Source of the DNA: an uncultured bacterium
GTDB lineage: Bacteria; Patescibacteriota; Dojkabacteria; J137
Length of the DNA: 64,000 nt
NCBI GenBank assembly: GCA_963700155.1
Contig: OY969472.1
Location: 2,058 to 66,057, forward strand
Reading direction: 5' to 3'
Shown: in pieces, positions 9,945 to 20,318 of the stretch
Numbering within the stretch: the first letter of the stretch is position 1
Layout of the letters: every line of letters starts with the position of its first letter
The notes under the pieces: generated by a model
Told to the model about the DNA's origin: nothing
What the model saw: only the letters and a program-made list of their open reading frames with translations
Databases searched by the model: none
Made by a program: the position numbers and the translations under genes

Positions 9945-10889
9945 TTAAGGTTCAAGTTGAGATTCCCATCCTTGGTTAAGATTAGATTTTATTTTATCCA
10001 TTGCATCTAGAACTTCTCTCGAATAATTAGTATTTTCAATTTTATCTATTTTATATACCAAAGGTGTTCCTTCCTCATCATCTGCAAATTTTCTTTTAAA
10101 ATAATTAGTACTAACCTCAAGTAATGGTGAAGTTCCATGTTTTTCATTTGCCATGAATCTAAAATGATAAATTCCAAATTGATTAGCTTTTTTATAAAGT
10201 AATCTTGCAATTAGTTGTACTCTTGCTTTTTCATAATTATCAGAGTCAACTCTAGTTTCATCATTTTTTATACGTTCAATCACTTCTAAATGATGTACAT
10301 CTGGTATCCATATTTCTGCCTTATCTAGTCTTATTCCCAAAATCTCATGAAAAAATCTATCAACTTCAATCATTAACCCTAACATTTTCTTTAAATCTAC
10401 CACTTCTGGATTGTTTATATAATTTTCAAGTTGTTCATCTGGGATTTTCTTCAAGTCTTCATCTTCACTCAAAATATATGCAAGAGTTATTAAATTTGAT
10501 GAAGAGAATCGATCAAAAACTACTTGAACTACTCTGTGATTTATATTATATAGTATTTCTACAGCTCGCCTAATTTCATCTACACACTCAAGCCTATTTA
10601 AGGCAAAAAGCGAAAATCTTTCTTTCAATTCTAATTTATTACTTCTAAGCATTGTATGTATTTTTTCACCTAAAAATGTATTGTAATTAGGGAACTCAAC
10701 TCTTACCACATTAACTCCAGCGCCTATCATATACCTTTCTACATATGTAGCCCAGGTTCCTTTCCCAGAACCATCTAGTCCGTCCAGGATAGTATTCTGT
10801 ATAAGTTCCTCTTTTAAGAGTTCAAGATAGGTTTTTGAATTTGGTAGAAAAAGATCTAATTTTGTATCCATAAATTTTATAAAAATCAC
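9945..10889 (-). CDS. thymidylate-kinase-like P-loop (d)NMP kinase with an extended C-terminal region
   Basis: The P-loop ILDGLDGSGKGT matches the Tmk signature. The 314-aa protein is about 100 aa longer than canonical Tmk. The start may instead be the internal MDTKLD at 10871. Confidence 0.55.
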   Translation of the reverse strand: MIFIKFMDTKLDLFLPNSKTYLELLKEELIQNTILDGLDGSGKGTWATYVERYMIGAGVNVVRVEFPNYNTFLGEKIHTMLRSNKLELKERFSLFALNRLECVDEIRRAVEILYNINHRVVQVVFDRFSSSNLITLAYILSEDEDLKKIPDEQLENYINNPEVVDLKKMLGLMIEVDRFFHEILGIRLDKAEIWIPDVHHLEVIERIKNDETRVDSDNYEKARVQLIARLLYKKANQFGIYHFRFMANEKHGTSPLLEVSTNYFKRKFADDEEGTPLVYKIDKIENTNYSREVLDAMDKIKSNLNQGWESQLEP

Positions 10890-10934
10890 AAAATTATATC
10901 AGAAGTTTTGGTATACATAGCTTAAAATTTTTAT

Positions 10935-11327
10935 ATGAATAAATATTCAACACCAATCTTTGTTAGTTATATTAAAGCAGGGTTCCCATCTCCTGCAGAT
11001 GACTTTATTGAAAATACTCTAGATTTGGATGAATTTTTAATTGAACACCCTCAGGCCACTTTTTTTGTAAAAGTTTCGGGGGATTCAATGATAAACGCTG
11101 GAATTCATAGTAGAGATATTTTGATAGTAGATAGATCTTTGCAAGCTTACAACGGTAGTATCGTCGTTGCTGTAATTGATGGCGAATTTACTGTAAAAAG
11201 ATATAAAAAAATTGGGAATACTGTTTATTTACTTCCTGAAAATCCTAATTACAAAGTAATAAAAATCCCTGAAAATAGTGATTTCTTAATCTGGGGAGTG
11301 GTCAAACACGTAATACATTCAGTATAA
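10935..11327 (+). CDS. umuD: UmuD-like S24 self-cleaving peptidase (translesion-synthesis accessory protein)
   Basis: AGFPSPADDFIE, HPQATFFVKVSGDSMINAGI, DILIVD and GEFTVKRY are near-collinear with E. coli UmuD, including the Ala-Gly cleavage site, the catalytic Ser and the Lys. There is no N-terminal HTH domain. Confidence 0.85.
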   Translation: MNKYSTPIFVSYIKAGFPSPADDFIENTLDLDEFLIEHPQATFFVKVSGDSMINAGIHSRDILIVDRSLQAYNGSIVVAVIDGEFTVKRYKKIGNTVYLLPENPNYKVIKIPENSDFLIWGVVKHVIHSV

Positions 11328-11329
11328 AA

Positions 11330-11941
11330 TTACATTCTGAGCAAGTATCTTTTAAACCAATCCATTTTCCTTCTTATATCATCTGTATTATTTTCATTGA
11401 GAGCAATGCACGCTGACCAGAATAAAATCACATTAATATCACTAAGATGAATTAAGTCATCAGACTCCATAACTGGGAATTTATTATCCAAGATAGCATT
11501 TGTATTGAATACCTTATCAACCCTCTCTAGAATTCTTTCTGCCATTAAAATATCAAGATTATTAACCTCGTAAAAATCATCTAATGCGTATCCATTTATT
11601 TGAATTAAAAAGCTTACATATATTATTAACTGGGTAATAATATAATTAGTATTTAACTCAAAGAATCCAGTACTATTAAACTTTTTAGAAGTTAAAAACT
11701 TTCCAAGAAACACTGGACCTTTTTTGTTAAACATCAAAAATAACCATGATTCTTCATGCTGTTTTGCTTCTTTTTTATTTTTAATTGATATTAATTTTTT
11801 ATTATCTGAAAGATAAGAAAGCAACTTCAATAAGTTTTCATAGGAATTCCATACTTCCAAAGAAACAGGAGTCTTAAGATCATCAAATACTTCAAACTTT
11901 TCATCTAAATTGTTGTATTCTTCTAAATCCAAATTAAACAT
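11330..11941 (-). CDS. hypothetical protein
   Basis: 203-aa ORF with no recognisable motif. Confidence 0.4.
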   Translation of the reverse strand: MFNLDLEEYNNLDEKFEVFDDLKTPVSLEVWNSYENLLKLLSYLSDNKKLISIKNKKEAKQHEESWLFLMFNKKGPVFLGKFLTSKKFNSTGFFELNTNYIITQLIIYVSFLIQINGYALDDFYEVNNLDILMAERILERVDKVFNTNAILDNKFPVMESDDLIHLSDINVILFWSACIALNENNTDDIRRKMDWFKRYLLRM

Positions 11942-12354
11942 ATGTTAATTTTAAAAGTTTTTGATTATATCAATACAATATCTTTTTAGAAAATTTTCTT
12001 ACCATTTACTATAAGCAGGTATAGTAAAATAACAATTTTCATACTTTAAGAGAAAAGATTATTAATACCAATACCATAAATTCTATATTTTTCACTCTTT
12101 CTCTTTTTAAAGTTATGCATACTCTGGTGACTTTAAATTTCCACCTTGTTTTTCTAGTATTTTGTTATGTTAATATTATTGTAATTTTAATATACGTTAA
12201 AAAATCTCTATTACAGGCAATGAAAAGCGAGATCATGATTGCCAGAAAAAAATATATATTGTAACATCATATAATTAATATACTCTATATATAGTAATTT
12301 TTAGCTAAGTTTTACCAAACTAGCATATTCAATTATTTATTAATTTTTATTTAA

Positions 12355-14442
12355 ATGAAGCTAAATCCCCAAAAAATCTTAGGATTCTTCGCAGTGTTTG
12401 TAACCTGCAATATTGTGCTAAATTCAATAGCACCAATAGTAATTCTGGCTGATACATTGCCAACCTCTTATACTGAGCAAACAATTACTCCTGTCCAAGA
12501 AGAAGTAACTTATTCAATTACTGGTCACAAATATTCTCAGAATGAAGTTGGACTACCTTATTGGGATATAGTTTTATATAGCTCAGTAGATGGTGAAAAT
12601 TGGACATATGCATCAGAAACTACAACTAAAGATGGTACAAATGGTGAACTAGGAAGTTATGTGTTAGATAGTATAACAGCAGGTACTTATGATGTTTGTG
12701 AAGTAAATAGTCCTAATTGGAGTCAAATCCAGCCAGATGCTCAAACAGGAGTGGATCAACCTATTAACACTGATGTTGAGCCTTATTGTTTTCGAGTTGT
12801 AATTCCAGAAAATAGTGAACAATTGGTTTATGGAGATTATGATTTTATTAATGAAAATATTGAAGCTCCAACAACTGGAACTATAACTGTGACAAAAGAT
12901 GTTGTTGATCAAAATAACGTTGGTGAAGGAGTTTATTCTGATAATACTTTTACTGTTAGACTTGAAGACTCAGAAGGAACTCCTATAGAATCTTTTGACT
13001 CACAAATGATTAGTGATAGTTCAGTCTCTCCTTTAACAGCAACTTTTACAGTTGAATCTGGAACATATCAGATTGTTGAAGATCCAGTTGAAGGATTTAC
13101 TTCATTAGGATGTAATATTGTTGATACTGAAACTAATATGATAACTGTACAAGCAGGTTCAAATGTTAATGTAGTTTGTACTAATCAAGAACAACCTGTA
13201 GTAACTGGTTTTACAATTAGTGGGTATAAATATGGAGTGGATACAATGCCATATGAAAGTTATGTTGGAATTTCAGGTTGGGACATTGTTCTGTATAAAA
13301 ATGCTGAAGATGGGTGGCACTATGTTGCTGACTCAACAACTGCAGCCGATGGTTCGTACATTTTCCCTACTGTCGGAGCAGATTACGAGTTGAGTACTGG
13401 AACTTATGATGTCTGTGAAATTAATACAATTGGTTGGGAACAAATATACCCTAATATCGTAACCGGTTCTACTAAACCTATAAATACAAATGTTGAACAT
13501 TATTGTTTCCAAGTAGTTTTATTAAGTTTAGAGCATCCTAATTTTAATGGTTTAAATTTTCTTAATTACCATAATCTCCAACCAGCAGTGAGTATTTATG
13601 CATTTCCAGGCAGCACAACAACAGCTCCTAACAAATTAAAATTGAAAGCTTTAGGAGCAGGAGGAAATGGAGCATTAACTTATTCATGGGTTTGTAATAA
13701 CTCAATAAAGAGTAACTCAGTAAAAATTGCTTTGGCAACTCCTGATACATATAACTGTACAGTTACAGTAACAGATGAAGATGGAGACACTGCATCAGCA
13801 AGCACTACAGTTACAATTCATCCCGCCTCAACGAGTAATAATATCGAGACTGGAAGCGGATCTGAAATCACAACAACTAGTAGTAGTGGCACTGACAATA
13901 GCTCTTCCTCATCCTCAGGATCAATCGATGAAGGTACAACAACTTCAGAAGATGGAATCAGTAATGATGTTCTAGGACTGGATGCTCAAGTTTGTACAAC
14001 CAAATCAGCAGTTTCTGGATATGTTTTCATAGACACAAATGGAAATAACTCAAAAGAATTTGATGAAGATGGAATTGCTGACGTTGAGGTCACTATAATA
14101 GTTAATGTTAAAGATGATAAAGGACAAGATCAACAAGTTGAACTTAGAACTCTAAGAACTAATGCATTAGGAAGATGGGATACATCATTATGCCCTGGAG
14201 AGTATATTATAAAAGCAAATACTAATGATTTACCTGACAATGCATTCTTAGGAGGAAGTGATAACTTTAATTTCACTGTTCAAGAGGGAGTTGATAAAGA
14301 TAATGTTAACTTTGCTGCATATTTGATCAATGGATCTACGAGTATTAATTTTAACTGGTGGATTTTATTAATTCCATTAGTAATAATTCTACTTGCTGCC
14401 GGAGGATATGCTATCTTCTCAACAAGCAGAAGGAATTCATAA
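12355..14442 (+). CDS. cell-surface protein with a duplicated beta-sandwich domain and a C-terminal TM anchor
   Basis: N-terminal signal/TM segment. Two paralogous domains of about 150 aa each share a pattern of the form GYKY...WDIVLY...GTYDVCE...PINT.VE.YCF.VV. The C-terminal part has a Ser/Thr-rich linker followed by a TM helix and a basic tail (WWILLIPLVIILLAAGGYAIFSTSRRNS). Confidence 0.7.
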   Translation: MKLNPQKILGFFAVFVTCNIVLNSIAPIVILADTLPTSYTEQTITPVQEEVTYSITGHKYSQNEVGLPYWDIVLYSSVDGENWTYASETTTKDGTNGELGSYVLDSITAGTYDVCEVNSPNWSQIQPDAQTGVDQPINTDVEPYCFRVVIPENSEQLVYGDYDFINENIEAPTTGTITVTKDVVDQNNVGEGVYSDNTFTVRLEDSEGTPIESFDSQMISDSSVSPLTATFTVESGTYQIVEDPVEGFTSLGCNIVDTETNMITVQAGSNVNVVCTNQEQPVVTGFTISGYKYGVDTMPYESYVGISGWDIVLYKNAEDGWHYVADSTTAADGSYIFPTVGADYELSTGTYDVCEINTIGWEQIYPNIVTGSTKPINTNVEHYCFQVVLLSLEHPNFNGLNFLNYHNLQPAVSIYAFPGSTTTAPNKLKLKALGAGGNGALTYSWVCNNSIKSNSVKIALATPDTYNCTVTVTDEDGDTASASTTVTIHPASTSNNIETGSGSEITTTSSSGTDNSSSSSSGSIDEGTTTSEDGISNDVLGLDAQVCTTKSAVSGYVFIDTNGNNSKEFDEDGIADVEVTIIVNVKDDKGQDQQVELRTLRTNALGRWDTSLCPGEYIIKANTNDLPDNAFLGGSDNFNFTVQEGVDKDNVNFAAYLINGSTSINFNWWILLIPLVIILLAAGGYAIFSTSRRNS

Positions 14443-14467
14443 GTCGATAAAGAATATAGAATTTAAA

Positions 14468-14497
14468 GGCGGGGCATTAAAATGCCCCGCCTTTTTT
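14468..14497 (+). terminator. Rho-independent terminator
   Basis: GC-rich perfect hairpin GGCGGGGCAT-taaa-ATGCCCCGCC followed by TTTTTT, 26 nt after the surface-protein stop codon. Confidence 0.8.
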
Positions 14498-14673
14498 ATA
14501 AATTTATTAGATATAAAAGCTTTTAGACAAATTTCCTATTTTACATAAATTTAACATTAAATTTGTAATATTTTCATTTATATTACCTATAGTTAAACTG
14601 GTAAGTATTATTGATGATATGTTTACTAAAGTTTGTAAAACACTTATTATAAAGGTAATTAATTTTTTAAGTT

Positions 14674-14994
14674 TTGTTTATGCGAGATAAGGAAAAAAAT
14701 AATGATGGAAGTAATTTCTTCAGCTTTCTTGTAGGAGGATTGGTTGGGGCAGTTTTAGGAGTACTTTTCGCTCCCCAAGAAGGTTCTAAAACCAGAAAAG
14801 AAATAAAAGAAAGGGCTGAAAAAGCAAAAGTTGATCTAGATGAGAATATGAAAAATGTTAAGTCAACTGTTGAAGAAAAAGCTGGAGATTTTAAAGATGT
14901 TGCAGAGGAAAAGTCTTCTAAGATTAAGAAAGATGTTGAGAGAAAAGCCGAAGAAGCTAAGGAAAATATTTTAGGAAAGATTGACCAAGAATAA
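14674..14994 (+). CDS. YtxH-like protein (DUF948 family)
   Basis: N-terminal FLVGGLVGAVLGVLFAPQEGSKTRKE followed by a Lys/Glu-rich helical tail. Confidence 0.55.
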   Translation: MFMRDKEKNNDGSNFFSFLVGGLVGAVLGVLFAPQEGSKTRKEIKERAEKAKVDLDENMKNVKSTVEEKAGDFKDVAEEKSSKIKKDVERKAEEAKENILGKIDQE

Positions 14995-15073
14995 AGGTAT
15001 ACATACGTTAAGATAATCTTGAAAGACTCTGAAATTAAAACTTTTTATTATTTTATTTTTTATTTTATAAAAT

Positions 15074-15237
15074 ATGAAAGGGTTATTAGAGCTTCAAGAA
15101 CAGCTAAGACGAAGGTCTTATGAACGAAGAATGTTCGTAGAACAAAATGAAGCATTAGACGAAGAGTTTAATAAGATAAAGAGTAGATTTACCAGAGGTA
15201 AGTATGATACAGTTATTGACCTTATTAAATGGTAGAT
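15074..15237 (+). CDS. possible small basic protein
   Basis: 53-codon ATG-to-TAG ORF (MKGLLELQEQLRRRSYERRMFVEQNEALDEEF...) in an otherwise empty 350-bp gap. It is below the length cutoff of the provided ORF track. Confidence 0.2.
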
Positions 15238-15347
15238 TTTTAGTCAAAATTTAATATTTTCTTCAAATTTTTTCTTGCGGGTTATTCTTCAGTTCACTAA
15301 TAAATATTCCACTTTCTATAATTAAATATATTTTATATACTTAGGAT

Positions 15348-16100
15348 GTGGAAAAGAATCATATACTAATAAAAAATTTAATAATAAATTATTTATCAAA
15401 CAAAAGAGATTCCAATATTAATTTAATATTTATACATGGATGGAGGTCAGAAGCTAAAATCTGGGAAAGCATAATGCAGGAACTCAATATCTCATCTTAT
15501 GCAATTGATTTACCTGGATTTGGTGAATCACAAATGCCAACTAATAGCTATACTCTTAAAGATTTCTCAGAAATAATTAAAGAATTTATTAATAAATTAA
15601 ATCTTGAGAATGTAATATTAATAGGACATTCAAATGGCGGTGCAATATCTATAAAAACAATACTTAATTATCCTGAATTAATTTTAAAACTTATTCTTGT
15701 TGACAGTGCTGGTATCAGAGAACAAACTTTTTTTACCTTATTAAAGAATTTAATAGCAAAAATTGTAAAACCCTTATTTACACCAATGTTTATGAAGCCA
15801 TTAAGAGAAAAATTATATACTATAATGGGATCAGAAGATTACATTGCTGAACCAAAACTTAAACAGACTTTTATAAATATGATTAGTGAAGACTTAAGTC
15901 CAAGATTTAAGGAACTTAATAAACCTACATTAATAATCTGGGGTGAAAAAGATAAAGCAACTCCACTCTCTTATGCAAAATTTATGAATAATGAGATAAG
16001 AGGATCAAAACTAAAAATAATTCCAGAAGCTGAACATTATAGTTTTTTGCAGAATAAACAAATGTTTATTGACTACATTAAAGAATTTATCAATAATTAG
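15348..16100 (+). CDS. alpha/beta-fold hydrolase
   Basis: Nucleophile elbow GHSNGG, the HGW oxyanion region, and catalytic-triad spacing. Confidence 0.7.
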   Translation: MEKNHILIKNLIINYLSNKRDSNINLIFIHGWRSEAKIWESIMQELNISSYAIDLPGFGESQMPTNSYTLKDFSEIIKEFINKLNLENVILIGHSNGGAISIKTILNYPELILKLILVDSAGIREQTFFTLLKNLIAKIVKPLFTPMFMKPLREKLYTIMGSEDYIAEPKLKQTFINMISEDLSPRFKELNKPTLIIWGEKDKATPLSYAKFMNNEIRGSKLKIIPEAEHYSFLQNKQMFIDYIKEFINN

Positions 16101-16103
16101 GAT

Positions 16104-17586
16104 TATGAAATATACATTTCTTCCATATAATATTTTTAAATACCAGCTGTATATCTTCCAACTTGAAGAATATGAATCTTCAAGGTTTTTAAGATCATTA
16201 TTTAAGAAAGGACTGTTACCTACTCAAAACTTACGTAAAGAGCTTGTATGGACAACTAAAGCTAAAATTCTTGCAATCTTAACTTTCATAATTGAGATAT
16301 TGTTGAACATTTTAATCACGTACCTATTATATAGAGCTTTTAATTTAGAAATAATTGGAGTTGTTTTAATTTATCTCGTTTTATTCTATTTGCTAATAAT
16401 CCTGTCTTTTGCCTTTTTTATGCAATCTGTGGATTTAATTTCACCTCTGGAAAGATATCAAAAAAACAAAATTATTAAACAGGCAAAAGACAAGATTAAA
16501 AATTACACAAATTTGAAAATTATAGGAATTACAGGTAGTTATGGGAAAACTACAATGAAAGAGACTCTTTTCACAATTTTAAATGAGAAATTTAGAGTAG
16601 TAAAAACATCAGGAAATAATAATACTCCACTTGGTATTTCAAGAACAATTTTGGATAAATTAACAGAGATAACACAAATATTTATAGTTGAGATGGGAGA
16701 ATATGTAAAAGGAGATGTTAAAGAACTCTGTGAAATAACCCCTCCAGATATTTCAATAATTACAGGAATTAATGAAGCTCACCTTGAAAGATATAAAACA
16801 ATGGAGAACGCAATAAGTACTAAATTTGAAATTGTTGAAAATGCTAAACCGAATGCAGGATTTATTTTAAATGCTGATGATAAATTAACTTTAGAGAATT
16901 ATAAAAAGTATATTGATGATGAGAGTAAGATTACATTTTATTCAAGTTTGGATAATGTTCAAGACATAAATCTTGAGTTCAAAATAAAGAATATAATTTT
17001 TAATGAAGAAGAGCCTTCTTATGAATTTGAGTTATTTAATGGAGATTCTTCGCTTGGTATAACAAGAACAAAAATCCTAGCACCATATATTTTTGGTAAT
17101 ATTACCGCTTCAGCAACTATAGCAAAACATTTAGGGATGAATGATACCGAGATAAGACTTGGTATTAGCAATTTAAAACCAGTTGAACATAGACTTGAAA
17201 GTAGAATTATTCAAAATAATATTTTAGTAATAGATGATACTTATAATGGAAATTCAGATGGAATAAAAATCGGACTTGATTTATTAAACAAATTTAAAAA
17301 GAGAAGGAAAGTTTATGTTACACCAGGACTTGTAGAGACTGGTAGTTTATCTAAAGAAATTCATATTCAAATAGGTAAAGAATTGGCAAATGTAGCCGAT
17401 CTAGTTATTTTACTGAAAGATAGTGTTACTCCATACATTTTTCAGGGTCTTAAAGAAGCGGGATATGATGAGAAAAAAGTTATATGGTATGATTATTCTA
17501 AGGAAATGTATGCAAATCTGCATGAACATTTGAAACAGAATGATGTAGTAATGATGCAGAATGACTGGAGTGATAATTATTCTTAG
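16104..17586 (+). CDS. murF: Mur ligase family protein (MurF-like), carrying an unusual N-terminal membrane-anchor region
   Basis: Central-domain P-loop IIGITGSYGKTTMKET, plus the Mur ligase middle and C-terminal domains. The first ~110 aa contain 2-3 hydrophobic helices instead of the canonical MurF N-domain. The track start at 16069 overlaps the upstream gene, and ATG 16104 is preferred. Confidence 0.65.
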
Positions 17587-17596
17587 TATATAAAAT

Positions 17597-18064
17597 ATGA
17601 TTGTTCGAGAACTACTATCTCAAGATATAGAACATATCATTAATCCTGCACAACAGATGTATTTGGATCATGATTTAAAGGAGCAAGAGCTTTTTACACC
17701 AAATTCTTTTGAACCCGAAAGAATTAAAGAATATTTTCTTAATACTTTAAATAATAAATTTCAAAAAACTTTTGTCGCAGAAGAAAATGGTGAAGTTTTA
17801 GGATTTATTAGATGTGAAATAAAAGAAACTCCAAGATTTTATAAAGAAAGAAAAGTTGGATTCACAGATGATTTGGTTGTAATTAAAAAATATCAAAGAA
17901 CTGGAGTAGGGACAAAATTAAAAAAGAAAGCTGAAGAATGGTTTAAAAAAAAAGATATTAAGCTTTTAGAATGTAAGATCTATGAATGGAACATACCTTC
18001 TGCTAAACTATCAGAGAAATTAGGTTACAAAAAGACCTTTTCATATTATTATAAGCATATTTAA
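17597..18064 (+). CDS. GNAT family N-acetyltransferase
   Basis: Acetyl-CoA binding motif QRTGVGTKL. The 155-aa length fits. Confidence 0.7.
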   Translation: MIVRELLSQDIEHIINPAQQMYLDHDLKEQELFTPNSFEPERIKEYFLNTLNNKFQKTFVAEENGEVLGFIRCEIKETPRFYKERKVGFTDDLVVIKKYQRTGVGTKLKKKAEEWFKKKDIKLLECKIYEWNIPSAKLSEKLGYKKTFSYYYKHI

Positions 18065-18079
18065 TATTATAATTACTTT

Positions 18080-19252
18080 ATGACAATAGGAGTATTTTTC
18101 GGTTCAAGAAGTCCTGAGCATGATGTTTCAATAATTACCGGACAATTAGTCATCCAGGGATTAAAAGAACTTGGACATGATGTTGTACCTGTTTATATTT
18201 CTAAAGATGGACAATGGTGTGTTGGAGATGAGCTTGGTAATATAGAATTTTTTAAACAAAAAGATTTTGAAAGTAAGCTAAAAAAACTAGTCGGATACGC
18301 ATTACTACCAGATCCAGCCAGTCAAAAATTAATATTAAGAAAAACAGGTGTTATTTCAAATAAAGAATATAAGCTTGATTTAGCTTTTCCTGCACTTCAT
18401 GGACAATATGGTGAAGATGGAACTATACAAGGTCTTTTTGAAATGATGAATGTACCCTATGTAGGTTGTGATGTTACAACTTCATCAATAACAATGGACA
18501 AAGTTTTAACTAAAATTGTTTACCAGAGATTTAATATTCCAACTACAAACTTTATATATTTTGAAAATAAGGAATGGGTTAACAATAAAGAAGATATTAT
18601 TAATGATATCAAATCAAATTTAACTTGGCCTGTAATCGTTAAGCCAACAAAACTTGGTTCATCAATTGGGATTGCAAAAGCAAAAACTGATCAAGAGTTA
18701 GAATTAGCAATCGAAGTTGCATTACATTATGATCAAAAGGTAATCGTCGAAGAATGTATTGAAGAACTAATGGATTTAACTGTTGCAGTTATAGGTAACG
18801 AAGAACCAATTGCTTCACTTATACAAGAATCAGTTTATTCAAAAGAATTTTTCTCTTATGAGGATAAGTACTTAGAACAAGGTGGAGCTCAACTTGGAAA
18901 TGCTGAAAAGAAAATTATTATTCCAGCAACTTTAGACGATGAAACTACTAAGGAGATAAAACAAATGGCAATAGATATTTATAAAATTTTCAACTGTTCA
19001 GGAACGGCGCGGGTTGATTTCTTGTACAGCAAAACTTACAAAAAATTCTATGCTAATGAAATCAACCCACTCCCAGGAACTTTATACCATCACTTATGGA
19101 AAAAAAGTGGAATAGAATTAAAAGATCTATTAACTAAACTTATAGAATATGCAAATGAAAGACAAGATAAAAAAAATAAAGTAACATATACTTTTGATTC
19201 AGATATTCTTAAGCAATCTAATAAAGATAAGATGAAATTAAAAGGCGCATAG
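18080..19252 (+). CDS. ddl: D-alanine--D-alanine ligase
   Basis: N-terminal GVFFGSRSPEHDVSIITG and ATP-grasp motifs. Adjacent to murF. Confidence 0.9.
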   Translation: MTIGVFFGSRSPEHDVSIITGQLVIQGLKELGHDVVPVYISKDGQWCVGDELGNIEFFKQKDFESKLKKLVGYALLPDPASQKLILRKTGVISNKEYKLDLAFPALHGQYGEDGTIQGLFEMMNVPYVGCDVTTSSITMDKVLTKIVYQRFNIPTTNFIYFENKEWVNNKEDIINDIKSNLTWPVIVKPTKLGSSIGIAKAKTDQELELAIEVALHYDQKVIVEECIEELMDLTVAVIGNEEPIASLIQESVYSKEFFSYEDKYLEQGGAQLGNAEKKIIIPATLDDETTKEIKQMAIDIYKIFNCSGTARVDFLYSKTYKKFYANEINPLPGTLYHHLWKKSGIELKDLLTKLIEYANERQDKKNKVTYTFDSDILKQSNKDKMKLKGA

Positions 19253-19253
19253 A

Positions 19254-19877
19254 TTATTTTCGTGATATAAAATTATTTCCTTTAATATAGAACCGTAATG
19301 GCTTATCAATTGCTTTCTTTATGCCTATTCGCTTTGTTGAAACAATATCATTCTCATTCACTTCATAACCATCTTCAGCAATGTAAAGTTTAGAATCCCA
19401 AAGTTTTAATCCATCGTGACTTTTATTTATTCCTAAAGCTAAACATAGTTTACCTGGTCCATTGCAAATCTTATTATCTTTTATTTCTTTATCCTTTATG
19501 TTTTTTCTTCTTAAATTAAACCTACTTATATTAGCTTTCATCTTTTCTATTCCTATAAGAGGCTCTGAGGCACGAATTAACACTGCTTCACCAATTTTAT
19601 TTTCATTTGAAGAAATGTTAAAACAGTAATAATTTCCATAAATAAAATAAACATAAGAAGTTCCAGGTTCTTCAAAGACTGATTTGTTTCTTTTAGTTTT
19701 ACCAATAAAAGAATGCGCTGCCGGATCATTTGAAAGATAAGCTTCTGTCTCTACAATTCTACCAGACAATAAACTACCATTTACTTCATTAACTATAATC
19801 TTACCTAGTAAATCTTTTGAAAGTTCTAATGTATCTTTTTTAAAATAAAAATTTTTATTAAGTTTTTTAAATTTCAT
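19254..19877 (-). CDS. mpg: DNA-3-methyladenine glycosylase (Mpg/AAG family)
   Basis: GRIVETEAY...DPAAHSF...GTSYVYFIYGNYYCFN matches the AAG/Mpg family signature. Confidence 0.85.
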   Translation of the reverse strand: MKFKKLNKNFYFKKDTLELSKDLLGKIIVNEVNGSLLSGRIVETEAYLSNDPAAHSFIGKTKRNKSVFEEPGTSYVYFIYGNYYCFNISSNENKIGEAVLIRASEPLIGIEKMKANISRFNLRRKNIKDKEIKDNKICNGPGKLCLALGINKSHDGLKLWDSKLYIAEDGYEVNENDIVSTKRIGIKKAIDKPLRFYIKGNNFISRK

Positions 19878-20318
19878 TTATCGACTACTTTGTTATATAT
19901 GTGATACTATTTCAGTTATTTTGATCAAACTATATTAACATTTTATTTTGACATTTTATTAAATTCAACTGAAGTATAGGTCCCATAAATCACTAATAGT
20001 AAAGGAATTACTGAATATCTTTTACAATTCGAAGATAAGATATAAAAGGATTGAACTTTCCAGTTAAACTTGACTTAATTTCATAATTTTCTAATCGAAT
20101 TATTTATGGATATCCACGATAGATAGAAAAAACTTCATATGAAATTGCATTATTTTAAAAAATAATGCGTTACGGTATTGATACAATCTCTATTTATAAT
20201 TCAAAAATGTATACTAAAACTAAATTTTCTTATAGAAAACAGTTTTATACTTATTGTCACCAAAAATAAATATCAAATATAATTGAAGAAGAAAACTTTA
20301 GAATGTTTTTTGTATGTT

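Noticed and set aside
16069-16103. Track start of the MurF-like ORF at 16069
   Set aside because: It overlaps the upstream hydrolase gene by 32 nt. The ATG at 16104 lies 4 nt after that gene's stop codon and still gives the full TM N-terminus.
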